From Octopus sinensis (Eukaryota): a stretch of DNA of 64,000 nucleotides. Shown in pieces: positions 24,949 through 38,546 of this stretch (positions are counted from its first letter, which is position 1; each line of letters opens with the position of its first letter). The position numbers were made by a program, and so were the translations under genes. The stretch covers positions 114,328,001-114,392,000 of the forward strand of contig NC_042997.1 in NCBI RefSeq assembly GCF_006345805.1, in the 5' to 3' direction. Below the pieces are notes generated by a model, which had not been told where the DNA came from, did no database searches, and was given only the letters and a program-made list of their open reading frames with translations.

Positions 24949-25659
24949 CTGGAAATAAAATGGAATTAAGAACATTTATTTCTTTTACTTTTGTAATTTA
25001 AGTAATCAGCTAATAATTCAGCAATCAATAGATCAACAATGATACAGGTTATTGACACAACACAATTAAAAATGAATTCTTTTTGCTTTCACTTTCTAAA
25101 AATAGAAAAAACTGTTTTATTTTCATAGATACTTTTTGTAATTATATTGCCATTTCATCATCAATAATTCAAATTACAATGAAAGTAAACTAAGTTTACT
25201 TTAGAAGCATTGAAATGTATTGAAAGATTCAGAAATAATTCTCAAACGCAGAATAATACTAACAGAATAACAGGAACAGGATAAAAATTTGCCAGCAGCC
25301 AGTCATGAGACTCAAACTCACATCCCTGTGATTACTGGTCATAGTGCTTTACCATTAACTTAAACTGCCCTCTGACAAATTAATCTGCAATTTTAAAGCT
25401 TATAAATCTAGCTTTATAAGACGCTGATGTTAAATTCAAATTACGATGATTAGAAGCATTGAGATGTATTGAAAGATACAGAAATAATTAATTCTCAAAT
25501 GCAGAATAATGCTAATTAGAATAGCAGGAACAAGATAATTTGCAATTCTTCAGCTTATAAATCTAGCTTCTAAAAAGCAGACTTCATTTACTTTCATTGT
25601 GATTTGAATTTAACAGCAGCATCTTATAAGCTCAAAAATTGCAGATTAATTTGTCAGAG

Positions 25660-25731
25660 GGCAGTTTGGCTTAACAGTAAAGCACTATGACTGGTAATCA
25701 CAGGGATGTGAGTTTGAGTCTCATGGCTGGC
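25660..25731 (+). pseudogene. tRNA-like sequence in a repeat, not a functional tRNA; inverted copy at 25298-25369
   Basis: Cloverleaf remnants: D stem GCTT/AAGC, anticodon arm TATGA-CTGGTAA-TCACA and T arm GTGAG-TTTGAGT-CTCAT. The acceptor and anticodon stems are mismatched. Confidence 0.6.
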
Positions 25732-27413
25732 GGCTGGCAAATTTTTCTGCAATAATATGGATATTTCTTTCTGTTCCTGCTATTCTGTTAGCATTATGAG
25801 AATCAATTATTTCTGTATAATTCAAATAATGTTAAATAAAATATAAGTAGATTCAAAAATATGATATACTAACTAAAGTTGTATTGACTAGCAGTTACTT
25901 CACTTTTCAGTCTCTGCATTTGGACAGATAATCATTTCTGTTCAACTTGCTCTCTTTTTGTATCATTGCTTTTGGTTTTAATTTAAAATTTCTATTGCTT
26001 CTCTAATTGTTACATTCAACTTATATTTTTTCTTCATTGAGTTTATCTTACTACTAACTTCAATTTACATAAGAATTGGAGATGCTTGTGCCTAGTCATT
26101 AAATCTGTAATTACTCTGTAGAATGGTTAAATCTTTTCCAAGAAAAACTTTACTTTTTCTTAAAAAAACAGTAAATGGGTATCACAGTTAAAGTTCTAAA
26201 TATTAGGAGAGCATATCCACCAGGGAAAATAGCCATGGTTGTAATAATAATGATATGCTGAAGTTTATTCAAAAGTAATTCACTAAGCAACTTGTATGTC
26301 CAAGGTGATGGACTAAGTCCATGATTTTAGGTCTTATCCAAGTAGAGTTAACCAGAGCTTCTCAACAGCAACACAGAACATCCAACAAAATACATAGAGC
26401 TATTTTAGAAATTGATTGCAACATTTATCTCACATCTAATTTATGACACTCCCAAGACGCATCAATGATATTTCATCGATACTCATTTTTTACTACATTG
26501 TAATGTTTAACATATGCCTGTATACATTGATACAGTATAGAAATAATTTTGAAATAATATATTAACATATTAATATATTATTTTAATATTATTTTTATAT
26601 AATGTTTTTAAATAACTAATAAAAAAGCTAAGTTGTGGGCAACTCTTATTGCGACTTCCTAATCAGTTTATCAAAGCTGTTCAAATAGGGATAGGAGCTG
26701 AAAAATGGATTTCGTTGGTTAAGAATTATTGTCATACCATGCAATGAATAATATATAATCATTCATCAAAATTAAGATATTTTTATTGAAGAAGATAGAT
26801 TGTTTCTTTATATTTATATTTATTTTTATTTTTCCTCCTCCAGAATCTTGATGAAAAGGCAATGCCCATGGCTTTTGCACACCCTCTGGTGAGATTGGCA
26901 CTGTTAAATGTGTTATTTAAACTGTTGAAAATCAATACCTGCAGGAAAGACATGAGCAAAGAGGAGATTCTAGATGACTGATGTTCCTAGGGAAAGACTG
27001 TAATATTTTCATGACATGAAAATATCACAAACTCATGTAAAGAAAATTCAAATTATTTTATCTGTTTTATAAACCTGTTGTGTACTATTCTTGAAAAATA
27101 ACCAATCTGTTCAGTAAGAGTAAGTAAAAAAAAAAAGATATTTTAAAATAAAATTCTGAGAAAATACTTAACTGTGCCAAGATTCAAAAAATTATTTACC
27201 TACATTGCAGAGAATATTTTCATTTTAATTTTAGCCATATTTCATAAATAACCAGTTACAGACTTATTAACAAAGTCTTTTACTTAGACACAAGGAATGG
27301 TTATATATTTTCAAATTGTGCAATGCCTTTTAACAATAGAAACCAATATTTGAAATATAAAATAAATAGAAATAAAAACAATATTTTTTTGAAATGACTT
27401 TAATGAATATTAC

Positions 27414-27561
27414 CTTTCAATGGAGACTTGATAGCAGTATCAATAAGTGCTGTAACTAAATCATTATTTGAGGATTCTTGAGCCAGCCCCGAAGCGAAAG
27501 TAGCCATTGCATCCCCATGATTACCAAGATGTAGTAAGGCATTACCTTCCTGTAAATATGC
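27414..27561 (-). CDS. TTC28: TTC28 exon, first in window (148 nt, phase 0 to 1), N-terminal TPR
   Basis: Acceptor ttttctag|GCATAT and donor AAG|gtaata. Translates AYLQEGNALLHLGNHGDAMATFASGLAQESSNNDLVTALIDTAIKSPLK, matching the vertebrate TTC28 segment AYFRQGVALQYLGRHADALAAFASGLAQ as I recall it. Absent from the ORF track. Confidence 0.9.
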
Positions 27562-28848
27562 CTAGAAAATTGATTAAAAAAATTTGGATTAATTACTTTA
27601 ATAATTCAATATATCAATTCCACCTTTATTTACATTATTTAAATTGGATGGATATTTGTCCTCATTTTGTTTGTTGTTAACAACAAACAACAAGCAAGAC
27701 GAGGATAAATATCTGTCAAATGTAAATAATGTACATAATTCCTCATCTCTTAAATATAGAACTGAATAATTCCACCATTCTTTAGCATTTCTAATAGTAT
27801 TGTAGTGTTAGTCAACTAGCATGAATCTCCACTATATTTTTGAAGTGGAAAAAGTATTTTAGGAATATAATTTAGTTCAGATTTTCACCTCTGCTGACAT
27901 ATGCCCCAAAACTCATGCCAATGTTTAAAATTACAAACTCAGTCAACTTATACAATATAAAAAACATGAAAATAAAGTCAACTTATACAGTATAAAAACA
28001 TGAAAATAAAAGGTAGAATATATACAGCAATACTTATTGGATAGTAAAAGGTAGAAACGAAAAATGTATATATTCCATATTTCAGTACAAACTAAATAAA
28101 TAATACAGATCATCATCGTCGTTTAATGTCCACTTTCCATACTGGCATGGGTTGGATGGTTAACTGAGGACTGGCGAGCCAGAAGGCTGCACTAGGCTCC
28201 AATCTGATCTAGCAAAGTTTCAGGAATCATGTATGAAAGGACAAATGACAAAGCAATGTTCATCCCATGCTTATTTAATATTTCCTTTTGATCAGATTTC
28301 AGTTGGGTTGAATAATAAACCCATCCCCCCACTCCACCTTTACTCTCCTCCCCCATACAGCCAGTTGTTCAAGCCTGAGTATGACAACTTTTACATTTTT
28401 GCTTAGTTATTTAATCTATAGGAAAATTATGAGAAAGAACAACAGACATTGGTTTTTATTTCACTGACTACATAGCTTCATTTAGATTAGAGCAGATTTA
28501 TTTCTTGTACTTGCTAAAAGGGAAAAAAAGATGACTTGTTGAAGTTTATTGATAATCTCTTAGCAAAATACAGCAGCAGAAAATCTGGACGTGTGTCATA
28601 CAATAAAAGTTTCATGTTACAGATCATCTTAAAAGACGAAATAGAATTAGATCTCAATGTAGATTGTTTGCCTCTAGAAATGAACTAAATAATGCTATAA
28701 AACTAAAGCTTCCTCATTGGCTCTTGTCTCTGACCACTTCTTTTGATAACTCTTCAAATAAATTATATATGTGGTCTGATCAATAAGTATCTGGACTGTT
28801 GCTATAGTAACGAAGCTAAAGCATGCAGAGTAAAGCTGTTTGGCACAC

Positions 28849-29593
28849 ATTGACCTTGAACTCTACTGTGCATGTGCTGCAAGTTTTAACATTCTAGCCC
28901 ACTTCCGCTGTTTACAGCAGTGCTTGGAAGATGTGTAACGTGTGATTGTAGCGTTGACTATGACAGAGAAAGTTGAGCAGAGAATCTGCATTAAATTTTG
29001 CTAAATTTTGCTTGGCAATACCTGCACAGAGGCCTATGCAAAGTTTTCAAAAAGTTTTCATCATTCTCAACACAATCAAGGAGATCTTGTGCAACTAAAA
29101 CCAAAGAGTGTCTTTCTGGTTAGCTGAAAGCAGTTTTGGCACAACCTTGGCAGACACATGTCTCATACCCAAAACTTCAGTGATAACAGACTGGACTGAA
29201 TTGAACTGTAGCTAATCTGCGCATCCTCTGATAACTCACGGATGGTGATTCAACGATTTCCTCTCACAGCTGCATGCACACCTGCAATGTTTTTCTGAGT
29301 TCTGCTGGTTGTAGATCTCCCAGAACATTCATCAATATCAACATTTGTTTCAGCTATGTTGGAAACATCTGAACCACTCGTCACACTTGTGTGCAGCTCA
29401 TATACTCCTTTCTATACACTTTCTGCAACTTTGTGTAGGCCTCTGAGCAGGTATTGTTATGACATCTTTCTCTGTCATGGTCAATGCGCCGATCACATGC
29501 TATACACCTTCCTTCCAAGCACTACTGTAAACAGCAGAGGTGAGCTAGAATGTTAAAACTTAGCATGCATGCACAGCAGAATTCAAGGTCAAT
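28849..29593. mobile_element. Two inverted mariner-type 5' fragments (transposase remnants)
   Basis: Plus strand gives MTEKVEQRICIKFC from about 28960. Minus strand gives disrupted EAYTKLQKVY, EWF and SGRSTTSRT helix-turn-helix remnants at about 29070-29460. The flanks are reverse complements of each other. Confidence 0.7.
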
Positions 29594-32255
29594 TTTTACC
29601 AAGCAGCTTCACTGTGTGCTTTAGCATTGTTACTATAGAAGCAGTCCAGATACTTATTATTGATCAGACTTCTTCTATGCATACAAATGCAGGGAAGCAG
29701 GGCTGCATGGTTAGGAAATTTGCTTCACAACCACATGGTTTTGGTTTCAGTTCCACAACATGGCACCTTAAGCAAGTGATTTCCACTATAGCAATGGGTC
29801 AATCAAAGCATTGTGGACAGATGTGGTAGAGTGAAACTGAAAGAAGCCTGTCATTACCATCATCAACATCATTTAACGTCCGTTGTCCATGCTAGCAAGC
29901 CGGAAAGCTGTACCAGACGCTAGTCTGATTTGGCATGGTTTCTATGTCTCGATGCTCTTCCTAACACCAACCACTCAGAGTGTAGTAGGTGGTTTTATGT
30001 GCCACTGGCATGGGTACCATTTGCATGACACCAGTATCTGCCATGACTATGATTTCACTTGACTTGATGGATCTTCTCAAGCACAGCATATTGCCAAAGC
30101 TCTCGGCCATTTGTCATTGCCTCTATGAGGCTCAACCCTTGAAAGGTGCTTTTCACAATGCACACACGCACATACACACATCATCATCATCATCATAATA
30201 AATGATGAGGATAATACATGTCTGTGCGTGTGAATAGATGTTTGCCTCCCTGTCTTAACATTGCATGATCATTGTAAATGAATGTCCTTCATTTCCAATA
30301 TTCTGCAAAAACATGTCTGGCCTTGGGAAAATATTACTTTGCTTGGAAACTGGTAGGGGTTAATGACAGTAGAAAATCTGTCTCAGTAAAACTGTCCAAC
30401 CCATGTAATCATAGAAAAATTAATGTTATGAGTGTGCATGTGTGTGCGTGTGCATGCATGCGTGAACACACACACACCAGCTGGTTATGTAGTCAAGAAG
30501 TTTGCTTCTCAGTTACACGGTTTCGGGTTCAGTCCCACCATACAGCACCTTGGGTGAGTGGCTTCTATTATAGCCAACTAAAGCCTGGGTGGATTTGTTA
30601 GATGTAAAGTGAAAGAAACCCATTGTGTGTGTGTGTGTCAATGTGTATATACACACATATATACACACAATGACTTACATATTTAGACTTTCTGAATTTG
30701 AATCCTACCATGGCCAACTTTGCCTTTCTTCCTTGGGTGTTGATAAAAGGAAATACCAATTAAGTTCTAGGTTTGATTGTTTGACTAATCCCCTCTCCTA
30801 AAAATTACTGAATCTATTCTAAAATTAGAAAGAATAATTAAGGGCATTTCCACCCCCAACAACTTATCTTGTGTTGCAAACTAAAATATAGCTGTTTTTC
30901 TTAAGCTTAACTCGTTACCATTTTTCTGACACATGGATGCAATTTTCTATGAATGTAATATATAAAAGCAATAAGAGAGGTCTTTGATCCCCACATATCA
31001 ATCACAAATCCATACCCTAGCACTAAAATCAGATTATGTATATCTCAACTTCTAGATTTCTACTCCAGAAGTTGTAGATATACAACTTCTATTTCTAGTT
31101 CCATTCCATATTTTGATAGTATTCATTAACATAGAAATGGTTGTAAACATACTGAAATGAAACAAGGCCATTTGTTATTATCAAGTCATCCATGTATTTC
31201 ATTTATATATTTGTTTAAGGATGTTTCCTTCTCTGACATTAATATTAAACAATCACTTGTCTTTACTTGCAAACTAAAACTTTTTTCTTCAGCTAAAATC
31301 TTTGACATGTCTGTAACAAGTGCTAACATTAAGTTGATAATACTGTGTGTGTGTGTGTGTGTAAATACATCATAAAGCAATTAAAGAGGTCAGACAAAAA
31401 TAGGACAGTGAGGTGCAACTGCAACAAGAAAACACACATGGACAGTATGTCTAATCAACTTTTATTGACCAGAATGGATGGAGGAGTAAATATGTCAATA
31501 TAGGTTAATTTGTACATCATGCTCTGTGTATCTTTTGGGCAGAGATGATTATAGAGTAAAAAAGAGAAAAATCACAAAACTGATGAATAAGCAGAATCCA
31601 GTATTTTTTAACCTCCACTACATTTCCATGTATTTAACTTTCTGTCAGTTGAATGCTTTTTGATAAATGTTATTTAGCAGGAAACAGGTGAGAAAGAAAG
31701 AGGGAAGCTGAAAAGAGGCACACACAGTACATTTGTGGCCTATAAAAGCTGGTTGCAACTGAAATTTTATGACAGGTTTATAAGAAATAAAACTGATAAT
31801 AGACTAAAGTAGACTTTTATGGTTTGATATTAAATATCAAGGATATTATTTCAGACTTAACCGGTTAGTCAAAGCAGTGCAAAGAAATTTATTTTTACAA
31901 ATAATATCACAGAAAAGAAAGCTGTCATCTTAAGATGTATTTATGATTAAGAATACATCTCTTGCTTTTGGAAGTGTTTTTACAGTTGACATAAACATTT
32001 GGAAATAATTTAGACCATATTATACCCAGGAAAACTACATCCAGTACACCTGGTTGTAATCATCAGGAAATGACCATTCTTCTAAAAGTGTAACGGTTCC
32101 AATTCAGTGGTTTGATTTTAGAGTTTCTAGTGCAATATTATAGTTATATATTAATAGTCATACATTAAATTGTTCTTAGTTTTTAAAACAGAAAAGTAAA
32201 AAAACAAAAGAATCATAAATATTAAAGTTATTTAAATATCACATAAAAATTTTAC

Positions 32256-32660
32256 AGGTGTGGCCATGTGGTAAGAAGTTTGCTTTCCAATCACATGGTT
32301 TTGGGTTCAGTCCCACAACATATCACTTTGGGTAAGCATCTTCTACTATAGCCTCAGGCCAACTAAAGCTTTGTGAGTGGATTTGGTAGAGAGAAACTAA
32401 AAGAAACCCATTGTGTGTGTGTGTGCATTCGTTTCTGTCTGTGTTTGTCACCCCCACCACTGCTTAACAACTGGTGTTGGTGTGTTTATGTTCCCGTAAC
32501 TTAATGGTTCAGTAAAAGGAGTCCAAGAGAATAAGTACCAGGTTTAAATAAAACAGAAAAGTACTGTGGCTGTTTCATTTCACTAAATTTCTTTAAGGCA
32601 GTGCTTCAGCATGGTCATAGTCTAATCACTGAAACAAGTAAAGAAAAAATAGGGGAAGCA
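32256..32660 (+). mobile_element. tRNA-headed SINE family C (gtggtaagaagtttgc...gggttcagtccc)
   Basis: Copies at about 29693-29850, 30478-30620 and 63143-63530 (+), and 32838-33175, 38270-38705 and 62335-62470 (-). Confidence 0.8.
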
Positions 32661-35600
32661 TAGACAGCAACAAGAATGTAACTGAAGCGTTATTGAATAT
32701 ATTTAATGCAGTGCTCCAGTTTAATGGTGGTGCTCCAGCTTGGCCCCAGTGAAATAACTGAAACAAGTAAAAGAATAAAAGAATATAATTTCAGTTCATC
32801 CTTTTTTTGAAAGGCTACTTAATGTTTACACTTTTACTTGTTTCAGTCATTTGACTGCAGCCATGCTGGAGCACTGCCTTAAAGGGTGTTAGTCAAAGAA
32901 ATCGATCCTAGGACTTATTCTTTGTAAGTCTAGTACATATTCCATTGGTCTCTTTTGCCGAACTGCTAAGTTACAGGGATGTAAACACAGACACACTAAC
33001 ACACATACACATGGCAGGCTTCTTTCAGTTTCTGCCTACCAAATCCACTCACAAGGCTTTGGTCAGCCTGAGGCTATAGTAAAAGATACTTGCTGAAGGT
33101 GCCATGCAGTGGGACTGAACCTGGAACCATGTGCTTGATAAGCAAGCTACTTACCACACAGCCACTCCTACGCCTATGAGACCTCAAATTTTAAATATAT
33201 TTTTCTATTATATCACACAGTATGAAAGGTTCTACAATTATTGAGGCAGGTGTTTTTTTTATATCCTTTGAGCTATGAAGTGTGAATGTTTGAAAAAAAT
33301 TTTTTTTTTCAGTGAAGCTTACCAAAGCTGGAAGAATAACATGCCTTGTCTAAAGGACAAAGGATCTGTATCTACAGTTTTTAAACTCACACAGTTTGGG
33401 TGAACAGTCATCAATTTAACCCTTCAGTCAATGCATTGAAAACAATTTCATTGTAAATGCTATACAGACATTAACATCTTTAGACGAGAAAAAAAGTACC
33501 TGTGATATATTGAGTCAAATCACTTAATTATATCTATTCATTAAAAAAAATTATCCAATAATTAATTCTCTTTTAAAATAGATACAAGCTCACTGATTTC
33601 AAACATTAGTCAATTAGATTCTTCACTGAGATTGTCCCTTGACTGCTACTTATTTTATTACTGCCCTCTCCCACCTCAAGGATGAAAGGCAAAATAAGGA
33701 ATCCAAAGAAATGCTGCAACATATTTTGTACAACATGCAAAACGTTCTGCCAGCTTAATTAGAAGACTAGATTCTAATAATCCTTTCTACTACAGGAACA
33801 AGGCCTGAAATTTGGGAGAGAGGGATAGTTGATTACATCGACCCCAGTACTCAACTGGTACTTATTTTATCAACCTCAAAAGGATGAAAGGTAAAGTCGA
33901 CCCCAGCAGTATTTGAACTTAGAACATAAAGACAGGTGAAATGGTGCTAACCATTTAGCCCAGTGTGCTAATGATTCTGCTAGCTCACCACCTTAGACTA
34001 GTTTCTAATAATAATGAATAATTGATCCTAATTTAGACACAAAGTCAACAGTTTTGTGGGAAGGACTTACTCAATATCATTAACCTTTCCTCTGCAGTAC
34101 TTGACTGGTACTTTATTTTACTGACCCTGGTAAATGAAAGGCAAAGTAGACTTTGGTAGGATTTGAACCCAGGAAGATAAGGTTTCAAACAATCCTTTCT
34201 ACTGGAGGCACAATGCCTCAAATTTGTAGGGAGGGGACTAGTCAATTACATCAACCTCAGTACTAACTGGTACTTAATTTATTAACCCCACCTCGAAAGG
34301 ATGAAAGACCAATTCAAACTCAGAATGTAAAGATAGAAAAAATACTGCTAAGCATTTTGCCCAGTGTGCTAACGATTCTGCCAGCTCACCACCTTAATAA
34401 TAATAATAATTGTTTCTAAATAATAAGAATTCTGATAGTAGTGACAGCAACATAAATAGGTAATTAAAGAAAGAGACATTTTTGTCATCACAAAAACAAA
34501 AATATTTTTTAGAGAGCTGCCCCTATTCTGTAGGCCAATGAATAATAAGGTTTTACAAGTAGTTTATTGCAAGCTGGCAACCTGTGGTATGGAAAAATCT
34601 GTGTGATATATCTGTCATTTGGAAAGAAAACAAACAGTAAACCTGAGCACAGTGACAACAGGTCAAAGAAACTAGCAACAGTATCATACCTACATGAAAT
34701 CACAAGAAAATCAAGTACCAGGTGTTTTATTTGGAATATGTTCAGGAATAGAGGGCTGTGAAAGTAGGTCAATGATACATAACACACCATCTGCTAGAAC
34801 CTGTATGTGTCTGAGCCAACAAGGAAGCCACTACATGGTCACTTCACCTGCTAGAAATAATAGCTAAATCTCATTGCCTTAAAAAATCAGGATGAGCACA
34901 TTGAATAATGTAATTCTTGATAGGCTGGAATGGCTTTGGTCATAGGTCTACTCAATCTGTGGCTAACAACAAACTATGTGAAGATATTTCTACATAGTTA
35001 CTTGACTTGCTTAAATTGTAGCCAAATATTCCTCAAATCACATGCCCACTGTCTTAAAAAAAGACATAATCCCATATCTCTAAAATATCTGACATAATCC
35101 CTTATCTCTAAAAAGGCAGGATTGTCAAGGCTGGAATGTCTGATTATGGATAGGTCTGCTCAGAGATGACCTCGGCATAGACAAGATATATATTTATGTA
35201 CACATGTATACGTACATGTGAGAGCAAAATTTAAATATTGTTAAACCACCTGCATTTCATAGTTTAATTTATTTTACAAATATAACAGATTTCTTAAAAT
35301 ACTAATAAAACTGAATAAAGAATTGATAGATGTCTCAGAAACTAAAGACAAGGAAAGATTTTTCACATTATACAATAATGTGAAATGAAAATGTGTTTAA
35401 ATACAGGAAATATTGAGTTCTATCCCGGTGAGAGAGATTCTAAGACCACATTCACAAGGAAGTCACTTATTTAGATTCAAGCAGCAGTCATTTGGAAATA
35501 ATATGGACAGGTTTAATTGAAATGGGAAATTGCAATTATATTGCACAGAATAACAGTAAAGACAAATATTGCCTTTTGTGAATGTTACATTGTAATGGAA

Positions 35601-36882
35601 GTAGATAAGTGAAGGTAATTAAAATATTGAGATGCACCTGAGTGTTGTAGTGCACTTGAGCGCTGTATACAATAAATTCATTATTATTACTATTTGAAAG
35701 TTAACAAATGGATAAGGAGTAAAAGTTTCAAAAATAATATGTAATAAACAAGATATGTAATAAAAATTCTGTAACATTTATACTTCATGTAAATTTGCAG
35801 ATATTTTTACTTTCAACCACCTACTTATTTTATTATTTTTTTTATTTTTAATATATACAACAGCTACATGTTATCAGTTACAAATAAGTTGTCATTAATT
35901 TGGTTAACTGAATAGAAAAATCTGATTTTTCAATGTGTCATTGACATGACTTAAACCTTTGTCTCAGATTAGCAATCCATAGGGAAAGAGTTTCTGATCT
36001 TTTGAAAAGATTAAATATACAGATTGGTGGAGATCCTTTATCGTATCTGTTTAATGCTTCCTGACTAGAATGAGTAAAGGAGCAACTTTATAAGTAGGAC
36101 TGCCTCTAGGGTTGCTAGGATGGTGAGCAAGCTGAATTTTGGTGTCCTTACAAATATGATTTTTATAAAAATGTCCACATGAAGAAAAATATGCAAATGT
36201 AAGAATAATAACTTTGTTTAAAGTAAACAAATGTATATCGTTGCTATTATGTTAAACTGTCATATGTCCAAATTTGGCCAAATGCATTTTATCAATATTT
36301 AATTTTGCTTGCAATAGCTGGTTCTTTTGGTCAAACTATCGTATCTCCAGCTGCTACAGATGAGAATTGTCAAAGTATAGTATAACAGTTTAGCATTTTT
36401 CAAAAGTGTAGTAAGTAACAAATCATCATCATCATCATCATCATTTGACATCCATTTTCCATGCTGGCATGGGTTGGACGATTCAATTGGGGTCTGGGAA
36501 GCCAGGAGGCTGCACCAGGCTCCAGTCTGATCTGGCAGAGTTTCTACAGCTCGATGCTCTTCCTAGCGTCAACCACTCCGAGAGTGTAGTGGATGCTTTT
36601 TACGTGCCACCCGCACAGGAGCTAGAGGAGTTTGGCAACAACCACTATCGGTTGGTGCTTTTTATGTGCCACCGGCACAGAAGCCAGTCAAGGTGGCACT
36701 GGCATCGGCCACATTCAGATGGTGCTTTTTACGTGCTACCAGCATGGGGATCACAAATACAATTTCTATTTGATTTTGATGTACTCGACTCAGTAGGTCT
36801 CCTCAAGCACAGCATGTCACCCTATGATCCAAGGTACTTTTGAGTGGACTGAGGCAGGTTATGTGACACTGGTGTAGGTTTC

Positions 36883-37272
36883 AGCTGTCAACTCACTTTA
36901 TTCACTTTATCTCAAGGAATATTCACATTTTGTTTTTATTTCATCTTATTTCTTACTTTCACATTTTCTCCCTTTATATTTGGAAGGTCTCAAACACATG
37001 ACATGTCACTCACAAGAGTATGGTGACCAAGGTGATTGCTTGAGTTACCAATATCTTCAAGTTGGCTCTGTTTAATAAGCTGTCAACTCACTTTATTCAC
37101 TTTATCTCAAGGAATATTCACATTTTGTTTTTATTTCATCTTATTTCTTACTTTCACATTTTCTCCCTTTATATTTGGAAGGTCTCAAACACATGACATG
37201 TCACTCACAAGAGTATGGTGACCAAGGTGATTGCTTGAGTTACCAATATCTTCAAGTTGGCTCTGTTTAATA
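36883..37272. repeat. Tandem duplication, 2 x 195 bp
   Basis: 36883-37077 and 37078-37272 are identical by eye, and AGCT follows at 37273-37276. Confidence 0.93.
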
Positions 37273-37473
37273 AGCTTCAATTTAATGTTTATAAAAGCCT
37301 TGGTGGAAAATATTCTGTCAGGAATCATTTTCTTGTAGGTATGATTCAATAAATACAACTATCAAAATATACAATGCATTTGGATGGGAGTTAGTATTAT
37401 GTCATTTTGAATTTGTAAATGAATATCAATCATTGTGTTATGTCTATTTTTCCATGCTATAAAAGGGTTAGAT

Positions 37474-37934
37474 CAGGGGTCACCAAACTTTTTGACTATT
37501 GACCCCCTTTAGCCACTTCTCCTTCTGCATCGACCACCCTCCTTATTTAAAATATCTTAATACACCACCCTACCATACCATATCTTAAATGTGTACTGGG
37601 TACTGATGCTGGCAATTAAAATGTTAGCTAAAATATACATGTATTGAAGATGACACACTTTTTACATTCAAAACTATGTGTATGACTATACAGTATTAAA
37701 CTGTCAATTTTTATGAAATTGTTTTCACAGTTAGAAAATGTGAAAAACATATCATATTGCTGGAATATCTTTTATTGGAATTGACAAAATCAATGTGAGG
37801 GGTGGGCATGGCACTGATTAAGTATTTCAAGTAGTTCACCTGGGTGAGTTGGTCTTTCACACACTGTCCCCCATTTGATCCCTTGGCTATCCTCGATCCC
37901 ATTTCATTCTTTGGACCCCCTTTGGCGACCCCTG
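37474..37934. mobile_element. hAT-type MITE
   Basis: Terminal inverted repeats CAGGGGTCACCAAA and TTTGGCGACCCCTG, with an 8-bp target site duplication GGTTAGAT/GGTGAGAT. Confidence 0.8.
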
Positions 37935-38472
37935 GGTGAGATGGAAAAACTGTGGATGCCCTTCCTGTTGCTAATTCTAACCTGTTTTTCAAGTAAGGGA
38001 TCTCTTATTCCATGTCTTGAAAAGTGCAGAACCAAGGGAAGATTTTTTTTTTGACAGGATAAATAACATCACTATTTATAGCACAGTTTTTCTGGGGGAG
38101 GGGGAAAGAAGCACAAATGTGGAGAAACACAGACATATATGCATGGACCATGCACACATGACTTTCAGTTTCCATCTACCAAATCTATTCTAAAGGTTCT
38201 GGTTGACCAAAGGTTATAGCAGAAGACACTTGTCCAGGGTGCCACATAGTAGATGTGATCCCCAAACCACATTCTTTTATTCGTTTGTTTCAGTCATTTG
38301 ACTGTGGTCATGCTGGAGCACAGCTTTTAGTTGAGCAAATCGACCCCAGGACTTATTCTTCATAAGCCTAATACTTATTCTATCAGTCTCTCTTGCCGAA
38401 CTGCTAAGTGATGGGAACGTACACACACAGACTCTTTCAAAAGATCAAAAAAGCGATGTTGGAAGGACAAAT

Positions 38473-38546
<74 letters not shown>

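Noticed and set aside
25298-25731. Genuine tRNA-Thr genes (GGT and AGT anticodons)
   Set aside because: The stems are mismatched and the T loop is TTTGA. The two anticodon loops are best explained by CpG decay of CCGGTAA, so the anticodons are uninformative.
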